DNA from: an uncultured Gemmatimonadales bacterium
GTDB lineage: Bacteria > Gemmatimonadota > Gemmatimonadetes > Longimicrobiales > RSA9
Assembly (NCBI GenBank): GCA_963816355.1
Contig: CAWFKH010000005.1
Span: forward strand, 128,001 to 192,000
DNA: 64,000 bases
Reading direction: 5' to 3'
Positions 15,852 through 26,181 of the stretch are shown one piece after another. The notes under the pieces are model-generated. The model saw nothing but the letters and a program-made list of their open reading frames with translations, had not been told where the DNA came from and searched no databases. The position numbers were made by a program, and so were the translations under genes. Positions within the stretch are counted from its first letter, which is position 1, and the number at the start of each line of letters is the position of its first letter.

Positions 15852-18800
15852 CCTCGATTATTCACGAAGCGATTTGAGAGTCCCGATATCACCTGAAACG
15901 CGTGGGCGGGCCTGGGTTCGGTCGATGCGCGGGGGTTTCTGGGACAGGCCCCCTACCCCGCGGCGCAGGCAACGACGCGGCTTCGGTCTCCAGAGCTCCC
16001 CACCCTATTTCGTGTTCTACGCGGCCGCGGGCAGGGTGCGCGTGGCCGGCGAGCCCCGCGCCGGATGGAGACGTTCGAGTTCATTCCAGACGGCTTGCCA
16101 ATGCGGTGAGCGCGCGGACTCGACTACGAGCGTGATCTGACGGCCACCGAGCAGCACGCGGTCCGCCACGTTCAGCAGCAGGTGGCGGAAGCGCTCGCGC
16201 CCGCAGGCCTCGCGCGTGGCCGCTTGCAACAGGGCAGCACCTCGGCTGAGCAGGTTGGCGGCAAGGAGGCTGACGAGCAGGGTGACCTCGTTGACGGCGA
16301 AGCTGTCCGGTGGGACGTAGGTCTGCTTCTCGAGGCGCCGGCCCTGGTAGTGCGACTTGGGAGGTATTGTCAAAAGTTGTGGATCGGGACGTGATCAGGC
16401 GGCGGCCTTCCGTTCCTCGGTATCCTCCCGCTCGACCTGCACTCCGTCGGTGAACTGAACGCCAGCTCGCGCGAGCGGGAGCAGGTGCGAGCCGTTCAGC
16501 TTGCGCCACCGGTCCTGGGCCATCTGGATCAGCTTGAAGGCCATGGTGAGTCCCCGGATCCTGGAGCCCGGGCCTTTGGTCACGCGCTGCCTCAGCCGAA
16601 CCGTTGCGAACGTGGACTCGATAGGGTTGGAGGTGCGGATGTGCTTCCAGTGCTCGGCCGGGAAGTCGAAGTAGCTCAGGAGCCGGTCCTGGTCGCGACG
16701 CAGCGAGGTGATGGCCTTCGGGTACTTGGCTCCGTAGTCGGCCTCGAACCGCTCGATGCCCTTCTCGGCGTCCTCTCGCGTCGGCGCGTTCATGATCTCC
16801 CTCAGGGTCGCCTTGGCTTGGCCCTGGAGCCGCTTCGGGAGCTTGTCCAGGACGTTGGCCATCCGGTGCACCCAGCACCGCTGCTCGCGCGTCTCGGGCC
16901 AGACGTCGCCCACGGCCGCCCAGAAGCCCAGGGCTCCGTCCCCGGTGGCCAGGGCCGGTGCCCGCATCCCCCGTCGCTTCAGGTCCCGGAGCACATGCGC
17001 CCAGCTCTCCGTGCTCTCCCGGTAGCCGTCTTCCACTGCGATGAGCTCCTTGGTCCCGTCCGGCCGCGCGCCGATCAGCACCAGCAGGCAGAGCCGGTCC
17101 TGCTCGCCCAACCGCACGTTCACGTGGATGCCGTCGGCCCAGACGTAGACGTAATCGACGTCCGAGAGATCACGCGTGCGCCATGCCGCGATCTCGGCCT
17201 CCCACACGCCGATCTGGCGGCTGATGTTGGCCGGCGACAGCCCACTCGCCGCCTCGCCCAGCAGCGCCGGCAGGGCCTCGCGGAAGTCGCCGGTCGACAG
17301 CCCCCGCAGGTACAGCAACGGAATCACCTCATTGACCTTCGGGCTCCGTCGCATCCACGGCGGCAGGATCCGGCTCGTGAACTTCCTTCCCGCTCGCCGA
17401 TCATGGACCCGGGGCGCTTGGACCTCCACCGTGCCGGAGCCCACCGTCACCTTCCGGGCCCGGGCTTTCCCGTTCCGGACCACCAGGGCCAGGCCTCGCT
17501 CGTCTCGAGCCCCGGCATGCTTCGCCAGATACGCCTCGACCTCCAGCTCCAGGGCTACCGCGAGCATCCGCTCGCACCCTCTCGAGCCAATCCGTCCAGG
17601 TCCCTCGGAAGCGCTCCCTCCTCGCTCCTGAACCCTTCCTCCACTACCTTCAGCATGGCGGCGTGCTCCTTCCCCCGGGCGCCAACCCGGGACTCGTGTG
17701 ATGGGTGTCACACGGAAGGGTACGCCGCCTTTTTCACGCCCGCCAACTCACCCCCACTCCGGGGGGCGATCCACAACTTTCGAGGATAGCTCGCGACTTG
17801 GGGCGCGGCGTCGAAGAGAGCGACAGGTCGAGCGAGTTCTTCCACTCGCCGAAATCCTTCTCCGCCGTGCCCCGCTGACGGTAGTGCTCGAGCCGCGCCT
17901 CGGGGCCGACTTCTTCGGGAGCTGCGTTCGTCAGCAGGAAGAAGTGGTCGAGGAAGAGGTGGCCCTGGTCTCCAGGACGCTCCTGGAGGACGAGCACGAC
18001 GCGGCGCTCGCGCGACCACGTGTTGGCTCGGTAGCGCAGCTCGTGAGTCCAGGTGCGTCCCTCCTGCGGGGGCCGTCCCGGTGGCCGGCGCAGATAGGGT
18101 TCGGCCATTCGCTTCAGGCGGCGATTACCACGGAGGCGCGCGACGTAGGTGATGTCCTCCTGCTCCAGCGTGTCGAGGAGCTTCGGCTCGGGGAAGCCGG
18201 CGTCCATGCGCAGCCACAGGCGCCGGACACTGGGGCGCAGCCGCCGCAAAGCGGGCAAGACGAAGTCGAGTCCGCCCTCGGCGGTATGGGCGCTCCCAGA
18301 GCGCAGCCGTCCGGCGAGGTAGTCGCCGCAGGCGGAGCGGAGCACGAGGGGGTGATAGCAGCGCACTCGATAATGGCCGTTATAGGCGCTGCCGGGCTGG
18401 TGTCCGTGCACGAGAAGGGGAAGAGAGTCGAGGTCCAGGGTGACTTCATCGAGTTCCTGCCTCATCAGTTTCCGCTCACCCCAACGGAGCAGGATCTCGC
18501 CCATCCCTGCCCGGTTCGCCGGGCTGGCCAACGCCTCCATGAGCCGCGAAAGGGTGGGCTGTGAGCAAAGCCCCTCCGGCGCCTCTCCATCGCTCGCGCG
18601 CAGCGGAGCGTCGCCCCGGCGCCTGGAGACTGCCAGTCGAAACACCGGGTCGCGGCGAAGCAGATCGACGTCCTCCTGGTCCGCCCAGCCGTGGGCCCTG
18701 AGCAGCAGCGCCGTGCGAAGCAGCTCGGCGAAGGGGTGGATCACCTTGGTCGGATCACGCGGATCACGCAGATGCTCCTCCAGCAGTGCACTGAGACCGC

Positions 18801-19054
18801 TGCGACGCATGAGTTCGCGCAGCAGCACGGCACCGGCATCGGAGCTCAGGCGCTCCGGGCGGGCCTCGACGTGGATCGAGCGGTTGAATTCCGGCTGGAA
18901 AAGCGTAAGTTTGGATTCACCCATGGCGTGTTTCTCGGCGTCCGTCCGCAAGGTGTTGTCTCGCAATTCCAACTTACGGCGGTGCCGGGGGATGCGCCAT
19001 GTGGTCTTTCCGGCAGTTCTATCCCCATTCTATCACGCTGGTGAATACCCCAGG
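15852..19054 (-). mobile_element. IS1380-family element, copy B (transposase 18924-16017, interrupted by IS256 B)
   Basis: TIRs CCTCGATTATTCAC / GTGAATACCCCAGG; protein paralogous to copy A (LSSDAGAVLL, LDLDS, LRMDAGF); halves rejoin at PRPKS|HY. Confidence 0.88.
16361..17792 (-). mobile_element. IS256-family element B (transposase ~17656-16395, 1-nt frameshift near 17572)
   Basis: TIRs GAGGTATTGTCAAAAGTTGTGGATC / GATCCACAACTTTCGAGGATAGCTC; 9-bp TSD GCGACTTGG (16352-16360, 17793-17801); VRNG, WADG, QRCWVH and RTSNPIES motifs. Confidence 0.93.
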
Positions 19055-19553
19055 ATGATCGAAGGCCTTCCAACGAAGAAGAGACCCGGCCGATGGGAGT
19101 TTGTTGGAACCGTGGCAGACGCGCCTGTGCGTAAGCGCTACCAGTGGAAATCTGTCGCTCACCTGGCGCGTGGGCAGAATCCAATCACATATGCGGGGCT
19201 GTAGTGGCACGGCTCAGCCTCGGATGACATCGGGCTCACGCGGAGGCTCCGACGCTTGAAAGGTTGGGTCATGACCGAAAGTCGACGAGTACTCCGCGGG
19301 GGTGCGGAGCGCACCGACTCCGTCCGGGGCACCCCCACAGCGAAACGACCGCCGGAGTGACTTCCTCCGACGGCCGTTCGCCAGACCGCAGCGCTCTCCC
19401 CGTTGTTATTCCCGTTCACTGCGGCTGTACCCTCGCCCGTTCTCTCTAGCACGGTCGGGACCACTCCGGGCCTGCACACAGTAAACCGCGTCGTTACAAC
19501 GTCTTACGGCGTTCCACAGGCTCCGGCGGGTGCGCCGGATGCGACTACAAATT

Positions 19554-21127
19554 TCACGGATCGAGACGTTTTTCTGACGGCTGCGTCCCGCCGGTCGTCG
19601 AGCCGGCGCCCGCGTGGGAGCTGACCGCGGCGGCATCGCCCGCGTGGGAGCCGCCCGCGTTGGCATCGCCCGCGGGGGAGCCGTCCGCGTGGGCACCGCC
19701 CGGGTGGGAGCCGTCCGCGTGGGCACCACCCGCGGGGGAGCCCTCCGTGCGCGCTCCGGCGGCGGAGTCCGCGGGAGCGGCGAGCGGCGGCCGGGCGCGG
19801 TACTTCTCGTAGAGCTGGAGGTGCTTGTTCATGGTGCTGACCTCGCGGCCCATCGATGACGAGGTGGAGGATGTGCGTCTGGATCTCGAGGGGATCGCCG
19901 TCGGTGACGATGAGGTTGGCGATCTTGCCGGTCTCGATGGTGCCGAGGCGGTCGCCGACGCCGAGGATGTCGGCGGGTGCGGCGGTGACGGCGCGCAGGG
20001 CCGCGTCGCGGGACAGGCCATAGGGGATGGCGGTGGCGGCCTCGTAGGGGAGGGTCCGCGAGTCGGAGGAGTTGAAGGTGGCGAAGGCGATCTGGACGCC
20101 GGCGGCGGCGAGCTTGCCGGGGTTGGCGTACTCCTCGTCGTAGGGGCGGTCGACGCCGGTGGGCAGCGACTGCGTGGGCCCGAGGATGACGGGGATGTGC
20201 TTCGCGGCGAGGAGGTCGGCGACGCGGTAGGCCTCGCTGCCGCCGCCGATGATGAGGCGGATGTTCTGCCGTTCGGCGAAGGCGACGACGTCGCGGATGT
20301 CGCGTTCGGACTCGACGCGGGCGAGCACGGGGAGTTTGCGCTGGACGACGCGGGCGAGCGCCTCGAGCCGGAGGTCGCGCGGGATGCTGGCGCCGGCGTC
20401 GACGGAGCGGGCGTAGTCGCGGGCGGCGTCGAGCCATTCGGCGAGCTGGTGGACCTGCTTGTCGTGCTCCTCCTTCGCTTCCCGGTAGGAGCGCGGCTGG
20501 CCGCCGCCGAAGAAGCCGAAGCCGCGGGGGCGGGTGCGGATGGAGGGCCAGCTCATGACCATGGCGGCGGAGGGCAGGACGTCCATCTGCTCGATCGTCC
20601 AGCCGTCGAGGTCGATGATCGAGCCCTGGCCGGCGAAGCCCGCGTCACCGCCGCCGCGGCCGCCGAGCGGGATCGTCATGGTGTGGGTGATGCCGTTGGC
20701 GCGGGCGACGGGGATGTGCTCGCTGGCGGGGTGGACGGCGGTGCGCGCCTGGATCTGCGGTGTGTAGTCGCCGAGCTCGTCGATGTCGTTGGTCACGTCG
20801 ACGGCGCCGATCTCGGTGAGGCCGAGCTGGGTGGCGGCGTCGAAGAGGCCGGGGTAGACGTGCAGTCCGGTCGCGTCGATCACCTGCGCGTCGGAGGGTT
20901 CCGGGACGGACGGCGCCGACGGCGGCGATGCGGCCGTCGCGTACGACGACGGTGCCGACGAACGGCGCGGCGGAGACCGGGTGCACGGTGCCGCCGCGGA
21001 TGACGAGCGCCTGCTGCGCGGCGGCGTGCGGGGGCGCGGCCGCTGCGGCGAGGATGGCCGCGAGCGCGAGGGCCGCGGTGGCCGCGAACGCGCGCGCGGC
21101 GCCGCCGAAGCTTCTGCTGCCGATCAT
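19554..21127 (-). CDS. Amidohydrolase-family protein (two apparent frameshifts, ~20905 and ~19850)
   Basis: Signal peptide and LVIRGGTVHPV in one frame, IDATGLHVYPGLFDA...GTIETGKIANL in the next, and REVSTMNKHLQLYEKY in a third; ATGA overlap with the upstream gene. Confidence 0.8.
19607..19756. repeat. 30-bp tandem repeat x5 encoding a GGAHADGSHP-like low-complexity tail
   Basis: CGCCCGCGTGGGAGCCGTCCGCGTGGGCAC-like units repeated head to tail. Confidence 0.8.
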
Positions 21128-23943
21128 CGCTGCACCTCCGGATTCGGCGTCGTCGCCTGTTGGGTGGTCACCGGCGCCCGCCGGGCGGCGGGTCCGAACT
21201 TCTCGAGGAGCGCGGCCTTCTCGCGCTCGATCGCCGCCGTGCGCTCGCGGTCCAGGTCGCGGTCGAAGTAGAGCTTGCCGTCGATGAACGTCTTCTGGAC
21301 GCGGCCGTCGACGGTGAGCGGGTCGCCGTCGAAGAGCGCGAGGTCGGCGTCCTTGCCGACCTCGATGGAGCCGACGCGGTCGGCGATGCCGAGCTGCATG
21401 GCGGGGTTGATGGTGACCAGCTTGAGCGCCTCGTTCTCGGAGAGGCCGCCCCACTTCATCGTCTTGCCCGCCTCCTGGTTGAGATGGCGCATCTCCTCCG
21501 GGTCGTCCGAGTTGATGGAGACGACGACGCCGTGCCGCGTCATGAGGGCGGCGTTGTAGGGGATCGCGTCGTAGGCCTCGACCTTGTAGGCCCACCAGTC
21601 GGAGAAGGTGGAGGCGCCGGCGCCGTGGCGCGCGAGCTCGTCGGCGACCTTGTAGCCCTCGAGGACGTGCTGGAAGGTGGCGATGCGGACGCCGAACTCC
21701 TCCGCGGTGCGCATGAGCTGCAGGATCTCGTCGGCGCGATAGGAGTGCGCGTGCACGAGCCGCTCACCGGAGAGCACCTGCGCCAGCTTCTCGAGTTTCA
21801 GGTCGCGCCGCGGCGGGATCGCGTCGCGGTCCTCTTTCGCCCGCGCGCGGTAGGCGTCCCACTCCTTCTGATAGGCGCGGGCGTCGATGAACGCCTGCCG
21901 GATCACGTCCTGCACGCCCATGCGCGTGGCAGGGTAGCGGTCCGGGTTGCGGTCGCGCTTGACGTTCTCGCCGAGGGCGAACTTGATTCCGGGCGGCGCG
22001 CCCTGGAGCAGGAGGTCGTCGGCGTCGGCGCCCCAGCGCAGCTTGATGACGGCGTTGCCGCCGCCGATCGGGTTCGCGCTGCCGTGCAGCACGTTGATCG
22101 TCGTGACGCCGCCGGCGAGGGCGCGGTAGATCGCGACGTCGCTCGGGTCGAGCACGTCCTTGATGCCGACCATCGCGCTCACGTTGATGCTGCCCTCGTT
22201 CACCGCGTCGGTGGCGATGTGCGAGTGGCAGTCGATGATGCCGGGCGTCAGGTAGAGTCCGGTGGCGTCGATCACGTGCGCGCCGTTCGGCGCCGCGATC
22301 CCCTTCCCGACCTCCGCGATCCTGCCGTTGCGGATCAGCACGTCCGCGCCCTGCAGCGTCCCCTTCGTGACGGTCATGACGGTGGCGTTGCGGATCAGGG
22401 TGACGGCGTCCTCGCGGTACGGCCCGCGGTCGGCGGCCATCGGCACGAGCGTGCCGGGCCCGGCGGCGGGCGCGGGCGCCGCCGAATCGGCCGGCGCGCC
22501 CGCTGGCTCGGCGCGGCGCGCGCCGTCGGCGCCGGCATCGGGCGCCGAGCCGCGGGCGCCGCCGCGCGCGAGCGTCTCGGCGTGGAAGACGTCGTACGGA
22601 TGCCCGTCGACGACGACCTTCTCGATCTTCGCCTGCGGATCGAGCAGGTCGCCACGGACGACGACCAGGTTGGCGATCTTGCCGGCGTCGATGCTGCCCA
22701 TGCGGTCCTCGAGCCCGAGGATCTGCGCCGGTGCCAGCGTGAGCGCCCGGATCGCGGCGTCTTCCGGCAGCCCGGCGTCGACGGCGCGCTTCACCCTGGC
22801 GCGGGCCTGGCCCGGGTCATCGAGGCCGCCGGTGTAGAACGCGAAGCGCACGCCCGCCTTCTGCAGCGCGGCCGGGGTGGTGGGCGCGCGCTCGTAGAGG
22901 CGGAGCTGGGACAGCGCGGGCTCGTCGGCCGGATCGGCATCGCGCGAGGGCTCCGGCCAGTCCAGGTCGACGAGGACCGGCGCGCCGGCCGCCTTCAGCA
23001 CGTCGGCCGCGTCGTAGGCGGCCTGCGCGCCGTAGACGACGAGCGGCTCGCCGATGACCTTCGCGGTCTTGATCGCGCGCTCCACCTCCTTGCGGTCGGC
23101 GGCGGGGAAGAGCACGGGCTGCGGCGCTCGCAGCGGCTCCAGCGCGCGGTCGTACTCGGGACGCGCCCGGCCGCGCGGGCTGCGGTCGTACGCCTGCCAC
23201 ACGCGGTCGTAGTGCTGCGCGTCCAGGTAGAGCTGCTTGATGTAGGCGAAGACGCCCATCAGCGAGTTCGGGTAGCCGGGGAAGCCGCGTGCGTCGAGGT
23301 TGATGCGCTGGACGACGTCCGGCTTCACGACCATGTCGCCGCCGCGCTCGCCGGACAGGTCGACGACCGCGCCCGCGCCGGGAAAGATGCCGCGCGAGCG
23401 CGTGCTGAGCGCCGAGGTGTAGCCGGCGTCGCGCCACTTCGCGATGCGGCCGTCGGTCGGGTCGAGCTCGTCGGCGCCGCTCAGCCACGTGAACGTCGCC
23501 GGCCGGTCCTCCGGCCCCCACGAGTAGGGGATCTCAGGCGACGACGCGCCGGCGCCTCCACCGCCGCCGGGGCCGCGCGCGGCGGGCGCGGCGGGGCGTG
23601 GCTCCGCGTGGCCGAGCGTCGTCAGGGGATCGATCAGCCCGGGGTACACCGTGAGCCCGGTGCCGTCGATCACCCACGCGTCCTTCGGCACGGCCGCGTC
23701 GGCGCCCACCGCCTCGATGATGCCGTCCCGCACGACCACGGTCCCGCTCTCCAGCGTGGGGCCGGAGACGCGCACCACACGGGCGTGCGTGATCGCGAAG
23801 TGGCCGGGGATCGTCGGCTCGGTGGGCTGCGTCTGCGCCGCCGCCGGAGCGACCGCCGGGAGCAGCGCGACTGCGGCGCCTGCGACGAGACGCGTCCATG
23901 CACGGGGCCACGACCCCGCGCCTCCTCGTGGGGAGCGCAACAC
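21124..23943 (-). CDS. Secreted tandem two-domain amidohydrolase
   Basis: Two IDxTG..PG(L/I)ID modules and two GSIxxGK motifs; only the second keeps DCHSH and HAHSY. Confidence 0.88.
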   Translation of the reverse strand: MLRSPRGGAGSWPRAWTRLVAGAAVALLPAVAPAAAQTQPTEPTIPGHFAITHARVVRVSGPTLESGTVVVRDGIIEAVGADAAVPKDAWVIDGTGLTVYPGLIDPLTTLGHAEPRPAAPAARGPGGGGGAGASSPEIPYSWGPEDRPATFTWLSGADELDPTDGRIAKWRDAGYTSALSTRSRGIFPGAGAVVDLSGERGGDMVVKPDVVQRINLDARGFPGYPNSLMGVFAYIKQLYLDAQHYDRVWQAYDRSPRGRARPEYDRALEPLRAPQPVLFPAADRKEVERAIKTAKVIGEPLVVYGAQAAYDAADVLKAAGAPVLVDLDWPEPSRDADPADEPALSQLRLYERAPTTPAALQKAGVRFAFYTGGLDDPGQARARVKRAVDAGLPEDAAIRALTLAPAQILGLEDRMGSIDAGKIANLVVVRGDLLDPQAKIEKVVVDGHPYDVFHAETLARGGARGSAPDAGADGARRAEPAGAPADSAAPAPAAGPGTLVPMAADRGPYREDAVTLIRNATVMTVTKGTLQGADVLIRNGRIAEVGKGIAAPNGAHVIDATGLYLTPGIIDCHSHIATDAVNEGSINVSAMVGIKDVLDPSDVAIYRALAGGVTTINVLHGSANPIGGGNAVIKLRWGADADDLLLQGAPPGIKFALGENVKRDRNPDRYPATRMGVQDVIRQAFIDARAYQKEWDAYRARAKEDRDAIPPRRDLKLEKLAQVLSGERLVHAHSYRADEILQLMRTAEEFGVRIATFQHVLEGYKVADELARHGAGASTFSDWWAYKVEAYDAIPYNAALMTRHGVVVSINSDDPEEMRHLNQEAGKTMKWGGLSENEALKLVTINPAMQLGIADRVGSIEVGKDADLALFDGDPLTVDGRVQKTFIDGKLYFDRDLDRERTAAIEREKAALLEKFGPAARRAPVTTQQATTPNPEVQR

Positions 23944-24472
23944 GGGTCCTCCTTTGTTCCACGGACAGAGTGCGAAGAGAGCGCGGCGGTCACGGTGGGT
24001 TGCCGCGGGGAGTCATTATACGGAGGGAGGGCGCCGCGGCTCAAGGCGGAGCGGCGAGGGCCGCGGCGTCGGCAGCACGGAGAGCGCGGCAGGCGAAGGT
24101 CGCGCCGGTGCGATCGTACAGCCCGGCGTCGGTGATCAGGGTCGCGGCGGTGTGCACACTCAGAACCTGTTTCGCGCGGAGGGCGCGGAGGCCGCGGAGG
24201 GGCACCTGCGCGCCGCAGGTCGATGCGGAGCAACCATTCTTCTCTGTTGGTGGTTGCTCGCTTCGTAGCGTGCTCGACGCAGCGAAGCCACAAAGAAATG
24301 AGGCGGTTCTCCGGCGAAACGGCCTCGGCACCGCCGCGAAGCCAAGATCGCCACGCCGCCAGGCCCGCCGCGCCGCGAGCCACCACCGTCCGCGCCGGCG
24401 CCGTTGTCCACGCGCGGCGGAGCGGCTATATCGCGAGGCGCCTTCGTACCCCGCACCCGGGCTTCAGCCATG

Positions 24473-24510
24473 AAAAAGAACGCGCCGGATCCAGGATCGG
24501 ATCCGGCGCG
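24473..24510 (-). terminator. Rho-independent terminator after the small lipoprotein gene
   Basis: 12-bp stem CGCGCCGGATCC / GGATCCGGCGCG followed by TTCTTTTT on the minus strand. Confidence 0.8.
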
Positions 24511-24539
24511 CCCGTTCCGCACGGGGAGAGCGGCTCGCC

Positions 24540-24755
24540 TTACATCGAGCTCGTGTCGGGCGCCATGCCGGTGTCGCCCATCATCGTGTCCGCGCCCATC
24601 ATGCCCGTATCAGTGGCCATCGGTGCGGGCGCCGGGGCAGGTTGGACGTTCTCCTCGACCGGCGGGGCTTCCTCGGACTCCTGCTTCTGACTGCACGCAG
24701 CCGCAGATAGTCCAATGAACGAAACCGCCAGCATCATGAGCACCGAGCGCTTCAT
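24540..24755 (-). CDS. Small lipoprotein with Met-rich repeats
   Basis: GGAGG RBS; MKRSVLMMLAVSFIGLSAAAC lipobox-like signal; DTGMMGADTMMGDTGM tail. Confidence 0.75.
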   Translation of the reverse strand: MKRSVLMMLAVSFIGLSAAACSQKQESEEAPPVEENVQPAPAPAPMATDTGMMGADTMMGDTGMAPDTSSM

Positions 24756-25034
24756 GTTCATCCTCCGATGAGGGTCGCTTGGGTTCCCGCGCCGTGTCGG
24801 CGCGCGACGGCCGGCTGCCAACGGTGAACGCTGGACAACGCGAAATGCCATGAACGGCCGCACCGGGCGTGGAGTATGCAAGGCTCGGACCCCCGTGTCA
24901 AGAAGATCACGACCCCGCCCCGCCCCCCGCGCTGCGCCCGGATACGAGCGGATTCGCACCCGTGCCCGCGCGCGCGCAGGGCACGCGAATTGCGCCTGAG
25001 GTACCGCCGACAAGCGCCCCGCGGAGAGTCGTGC

Positions 25035-25613
25035 ATGCGAATGCTGATCGTCCTGTCGTGTCTGTTCCTGATCGCCGGCATCCCGTTCGTCGTCGTCGCC
25101 CTGGTCCGCTTGCGCCGCCTTCCCTCGGGACCGTTCTGCCCCGCGTGCCTCGGAGAGACGCTCTGGCTGCGCGGACCCCTTCTGCGCCACCGCCGCCTGC
25201 GTCGGCTGCCGCCGCTGCAGCGGCGCTGGTGCCCCGCCTGCGGCTGGGAGGGTCTCGCCCGCCCGCACCCGGCCGCGGCGCCGCCGGCGCCCGTTCTTCC
25301 GCATGGATCCCACGACGACGACGAGGCGCCGCCGGTCGCTGCGCCCGGGCAGGTCGCTCCCGCCGACGCCGGCATGAACGTCGAGCTGCGCGAGGTGACG
25401 ACGAACGGCGAGGCGTTCCGGGCGCTGCTGCGGTGCCGAGCCGAGGGCCGCGCCTGGCACGGCCGCCTGGTGTTCGTCGACCGAACCGGCACGGCGCGGG
25501 CGGAGCGAGTCGAAGCATTCCACGGGGCGAGCATCGGCGACCTGCTGGCGCAGGCCCTGGCGCTGCCGGAGCACTCGCTGGCGAGGCGGCTGCGGCGGGC
25601 GCTTCCGCGCTAG
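25035..25613 (+). CDS. Hypothetical membrane-anchored zinc-ribbon protein
   Basis: N-terminal TM helix; CPAC...CPACGW. Confidence 0.6.
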   Translation: MRMLIVLSCLFLIAGIPFVVVALVRLRRLPSGPFCPACLGETLWLRGPLLRHRRLRRLPPLQRRWCPACGWEGLARPHPAAAPPAPVLPHGSHDDDEAPPVAAPGQVAPADAGMNVELREVTTNGEAFRALLRCRAEGRAWHGRLVFVDRTGTARAERVEAFHGASIGDLLAQALALPEHSLARRLRRALPR

Positions 25614-26152
25614 TGGGCGGGCCGGTCGTCGGGCGTCGTGCCGTCCCCGCCGTCCTCGTCGAGGCGGTCGAGAGCGTCCTTCAGGATGCGACGGCGGGCG
25701 GCGTAGCGCAGGCGGGACAGGGCCACCTCGGGCTCGAACCAGCCGAAGTCGGACGCCTCCGCCTCCGAGATCGAGACGTCCGCTCGGTCGGTCCGCGCGA
25801 GGAAGTAGACGACCTCCTTGTGGACCACGATACGGTCCGCCTCGGCCTCCACCGTGAACCGGTAGCGTTCCGAGCGCTCGAAACCGTCGACCGGGCGGAC
25901 ATCGGCCCGGGTGAGGCCGGTCTCCTCGCGCAGCTCGCGGTAGGCGGCCTCGATCGCGGTCTCGTCGCCGTCGATGCCGCCTTTCGGGAACTCCCAGAGC
26001 GGCCGCCGCGTCCGCGTCGAGCGAAGCAGCAGGACGCGCACACCGCCAGGGGCAACGCGGAGCACCACCACGCCCGCGGCACGGTCGTGGCGGACCGCCC
26101 GCGACGAACGGGGCGCCGAGCCACTCGGGCCCGAGCCGTCGCGGCGCTTCAC
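25610..26152 (-). CDS. NUDIX hydrolase (Ap4A hydrolase-like)
   Basis: WEFPKGGIDGDETAIEAAYRELREETGL Nudix box; start uncertain. Confidence 0.88.
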   Translation of the reverse strand: MKRRDGSGPSGSAPRSSRAVRHDRAAGVVVLRVAPGGVRVLLLRSTRTRRPLWEFPKGGIDGDETAIEAAYRELREETGLTRADVRPVDGFERSERYRFTVEAEADRIVVHKEVVYFLARTDRADVSISEAEASDFGWFEPEVALSRLRYAARRRILKDALDRLDEDGGDGTTPDDRPAH

Positions 26153-26181
26153 CCGATCCCGTCCTTTCGCATCGTGCAACG

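Larger units (their letters stand above)
12399..19204 (+). pseudogene. Cassette 5 remnant split by IS256 and IS1380 insertions
   Basis: Segments 12399-12429, 15846-15849 and 19057-19204 can be joined in frame (MVTKGSTTRLTSIEGLP...GRWEFVGTVADAPVRKRYQWKSVAHLARGQNPITY). The tail recalls the C-terminus of LEM-3-like GIY-YIG proteins (from memory). No closing attC was found. Confidence 0.4.

Noticed and set aside
19204..19575. Possible closing attC, tRNA fragment or att repeat at the right edge of the island
   Set aside because: No GCATAAC-like R'', no cloverleaf and no direct repeat of the left edge found; the boundary remains undefined.
19607..19756. 30-bp periodic repeat as a possible CRISPR array
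   Set aside because: Head-to-tail units without spacers, in frame within the amidohydrolase tail.
24160..24420. Short CGCGGAGG- and CGCCA-type degenerate repeats (similar ones near 885-945)
   Set aside because: Too few and too degenerate in GC-rich intergenic DNA to support a defined element.
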